Below, one piece after another: positions 27,104-29,227 of a DNA stretch of 29,227 nt (position 1 is the first letter of the stretch; each line of letters begins with the position of its first letter). The translations under genes were made by a program, and so were the position numbers. Source of the DNA: Fibrobacteria bacterium (GTDB taxonomy: Bacteria; Fibrobacterota; Fibrobacteria; UBA11236). The stretch is taken from NCBI GenBank assembly GCA_041746255.1, contig JBGTHM010000056.1:1-29227 (forward strand), read 5' to 3'. The notes beneath the pieces were generated by a model. That model made no database searches and was not told the origin of the DNA. It saw only the letters and a program-made list of their open reading frames with translations.

Positions 27104-28427
27104 TTTCTTCCTTTGGGGGTTGATTCTGGAACTGGGGGGTAAAAGTAGGATCTCCTCCCGCGAAACCAAAATCCATCCGGTCGATGGGACTGACCACGCT
27201 GTTGTTGAGGGCCTGAACCGTGTGGGTGTAAATCATGGTGGTATCAAGGTCTCGATGCCCCAGCAAATCCTGAATGGTGCGGATATCGTACCCCATCTGC
27301 AAAAGATGGGTGGCATAACTGTGCCGCAGAGTATGCGAAGAGGCACGTTTGGATATGCCGGCTTTATCCACGGCACTGCGAATAGCCTTTTGAAAACCAG
27401 TCTCGTGCATATGAAAGCGCAGCCGCCTCCCATCCGGTAATTCCACCAGCCGCGTAGCGGGAAATACCCAATACCACCCCCATTCCAATGAGGCCTTGGG
27501 TAATTTATCCTGGAGTCGTCCGGGGAGAAAGGCACCTCCATACCCCATGGTCCTGTCCTCCTCAAACCGGGCTCGCACACGTAAAAGATGCTCCCGCAAT
27601 TCTTCAATCATTCGCTCAGGCATCGGGATATTCCGACTCTTTCCACCTTTGCCGGAATGCACAACCACTCGATGATATCCGAAGTCCAAATCTTGAACTC
27701 GGAGAGCCACTCCCTCGCTAAGCCGTAAGCCGCAACCATAGAGGATTTTTGCCAGCAATCGATGTGGATTTTCCAAATTCACCAGCAGCCGGGAAACCTC
27801 ATCACGGCTTAAAACCGTGGGAACCATTTTCGCAGTTTTTGCCCGAGGAGTATCGGATAAATCGGAATATTCTCTTTGCAGCACGTGAGTGAAGAGAAAA
27901 AGCAAGGCGTTGAATGCCTGGCTCTGTGTGGAAGCAGATACGTGACGTTCAAGGGCCAGGAAAGTCAAGAAAAGTTTAGCCTCACGGGCAGTGATTACCG
28001 AAAGGGGTTTCTCTCCGCAGAATTCGGCGAACGCCACCATCCAATGTCGGTACGCGCGCAGGGTTTTTCTGCTATACTGCCGTAGCTGAATCTCTTCCTC
28101 CAACTTTTGACGGGCCTGGGACCAGGAAGAAACTTCTCCGTCCAATACAGCGGGAGTACTTCGAAGCTGGCCGCCGGCATCGAAATGGCGCTGGTAAAGT
28201 CTGATCACCTTCTCTGCCTGAGCAACCTGGAATTGAGCCTTACCGGATTGTGCAAATTGGAGCAAAAATGCCCGGGCTGATTCGACTGAAAGGGGGCTGA
28301 CTTGATTGGCAAGACAGGCTTTCAGATAGCGATTCAACCACGCCAGGTGGAAAGGTAGTGTGTTAGGTTTAATGCCGTTTGCAAGCAAGACGGCTTCCAT
28401 GTTTGCTAAGTGTGGGGAGTCAGGCAT
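27054..28427 (-). CDS. intI: Integron integrase, long type with extra N-terminal domain and extended C-terminus
   Basis: Tyrosine recombinase residues (YGCGLRLSE, HTLRHSYATH, LGH..TTMIYTH); IntI-specific insertion LPGRLQDKLPKASLEWGWYWVFPA; VSASTQSQAFNALLFL. Start could be 28400, 28427 or 28436. Confidence 0.92.
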   Translation of the reverse strand: MPDSPHLANMEAVLLANGIKPNTLPFHLAWLNRYLKACLANQVSPLSVESARAFLLQFAQSGKAQFQVAQAEKVIRLYQRHFDAGGQLRSTPAVLDGEVSSWSQARQKLEEEIQLRQYSRKTLRAYRHWMVAFAEFCGEKPLSVITAREAKLFLTFLALERHVSASTQSQAFNALLFLFTHVLQREYSDLSDTPRAKTAKMVPTVLSRDEVSRLLVNLENPHRLLAKILYGCGLRLSEGVALRVQDLDFGYHRVVVHSGKGGKSRNIPMPERMIEELREHLLRVRARFEEDRTMGYGGAFLPGRLQDKLPKASLEWGWYWVFPATRLVELPDGRRLRFHMHETGFQKAIRSAVDKAGISKRASSHTLRHSYATHLLQMGYDIRTIQDLLGHRDLDTTMIYTHTVQALNNSVVSPIDRMDFGFAGGDPTFTPQFQNQPPKEEIAAFHPHRRGNKRSYG

Positions 28428-28706
28428 TATGCACATCCTTTTGGAAATCGTCGTCCAACCACACGGTTTTAATCGAAATGACCGGGTGCGGGTGGATAAA
28501 TGGAATTTGGGGTGAAATTAACCGGATTTCATCCGAACTGACGTGTCTAGCGTCACAATAGCAGACGCCCTACAATAAGGAAAAGAGAGCACGCCATCCA
28601 ATCGTAAACCCTTGATATTTAAAAGGATACGTCGGCCGAAACCCGATGCCACATAAACGTAAAGTGGATGGACGGAAAATAATGGGATTAAAAAATGACT
28701 AAAGGG

Positions 28707-28715
28707 TGCTATTAT
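28707..28715 (+). promoter_or_regulatory. Candidate cassette promoter Pc (extended -10)
   Basis: TG-C-TATTAT facing the attI candidate, about 210 bp upstream of it. Confidence 0.3.
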
Positions 28716-28899
28716 GAAAAAGTATGTCCTGTAACATCCCAATCAGCCTTGTGGAATTAGGTAAAGGAAGCCAAAAAAATATCACCGAGAAGGATATCGC
28801 GGGGATTATCCGTTTTCCCGATATTATGGGAAATTGGCCTAAACCCCATCGAATGCGACTTTTTTGCGTGCTATCGGGATTAGAAATTCGAAATTACCA

Positions 28900-28933
28900 G
28901 ATTATCAAGTTTCTATACAATAACTTGTTATGC
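28900..28933 (+). other. Candidate integron attI site; crossover G|TT at 28927/28928
   Basis: ...TTCTATACAATAACTT-GTTATGC upstream of and divergent from intI; GTT core site after an AT-rich L-box/spacer. Confidence 0.6.
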
Positions 28934-28965
28934 GGACTCGTGGTACTTCCACCCGTGCCAAAAGA

Positions 28966-29032
28966 AACTGAGGTTCGGGATGGACGCGAAGTTCAGTTGC
29001 AAAGACATACCGTCGCGTCGTTCCGGTTAGGC
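28966..29032 (+). other. Degenerate attC-like site ending in GTTAGGC
   Basis: Perfect GTTRRRY at 29026-29032 after hairpin CGGGA..GACGCGA / TCGCGTC.TTCCG; no RYYYAAC inverse core found. Confidence 0.35.
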
Positions 29033-29086
29033 CACAAGTTCAATTCGCGCAGGGATCCGTGAAATTGAGGCCTAGATTCAATGACA

Positions 29087-29227
29087 GATAACGTAGGTTT
29101 TGTTTCGCAAAAATGAGGAGGCTCCTCAGTCTGATTAGATTTGAAGTTACCAGACTTTAACCCTAGTTCAGAAAGAGGAGCACATGGAAAATATAATCCA
29201 AATCAACCAGGACCAAATCCGGAATCA
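29087..29227 (+). mobile_element. IS256-family insertion sequence, left end (truncated by window)
   Basis: GATAACGTAGGTTTTGTTTCGCAAAA resembles IS256-type terminal repeats as recalled; followed by an RBS and a transposase-like start. Confidence 0.6.
29184..29227 (+). CDS. Probable IS256-family transposase, first 14 codons only
   Basis: GAGGAG RBS; MENIIQINQDQIRN resembles the 'IIQLNE..IK' N-terminus of one IS256 subgroup. Confidence 0.55.
   Translation, partial: MENIIQINQDQIRN

Noticed and set aside
192..28180. Many antisense and alternate-frame ORFs in the track (e.g. 1484-2116, 2704-3342, 19733-20479, 25372-25887)
   Set aside because: They are shadow ORFs of well-supported genes in GC-rich DNA and have no independent motifs.
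28437..28900. LexA box at the intI promoter
   Set aside because: By eye, no match to the dyad found at 22590-22603; a matrix scan would be needed to exclude a weak site.
28950..29035. c-di-GMP-I riboswitch or small ribozyme
   Set aside because: Only a fragmentary resemblance (GGACGCGAAG); the conserved stems and cores could not be built.
28724..29062. 112-aa ORF across the attI region
   Set aside because: It spans the recombination sites and has no recognisable motif or good RBS; probably spurious.
1..29227. CRISPR array or cas genes
   Set aside because: No regularly spaced repeats of 23-47 bp and no Cas motifs seen; the 13-bp repeat at 5710/5790 has only two copies.

Overview
Bacterial chromosomal window. 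The host is probably in the FCB group; Fibrobacterota is inferred from T9SS-like C-terminal tails and a Fibrobacter-like LexA box. Bases 1-12.6 kb are mostly housekeeping: tRNA-Ala(GGC), mqnE, ybeY, a CBS/CorC protein, fxsA, an AI-2E transporter, tRNA-Arg(CCT), PurS-fused purL, purQ, gmk and larE, with a highly structured 169-bp inverted-repeat element between purQ and gmk. Next come an aldehyde dehydrogenase / glutamine-synthetase-like / Fe-alcohol dehydrogenase operon (probable gamma-glutamylation amine catabolism), a class II Fic gene, three secreted carbohydrate-enzyme-like proteins, a DUF72 gene with a candidate SOS box over its -10 element, and a split TRAP transporter. The right end is a chromosomal integron. 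It has a long IntI whose extended C-terminus overlaps dctQ, a candidate attI, a ~99-bp ORF-less first unit with a degenerate attC, and an IS256-family element inserted in the array and cut off by the window edge. All calls come from motif reading only; no searches were run.
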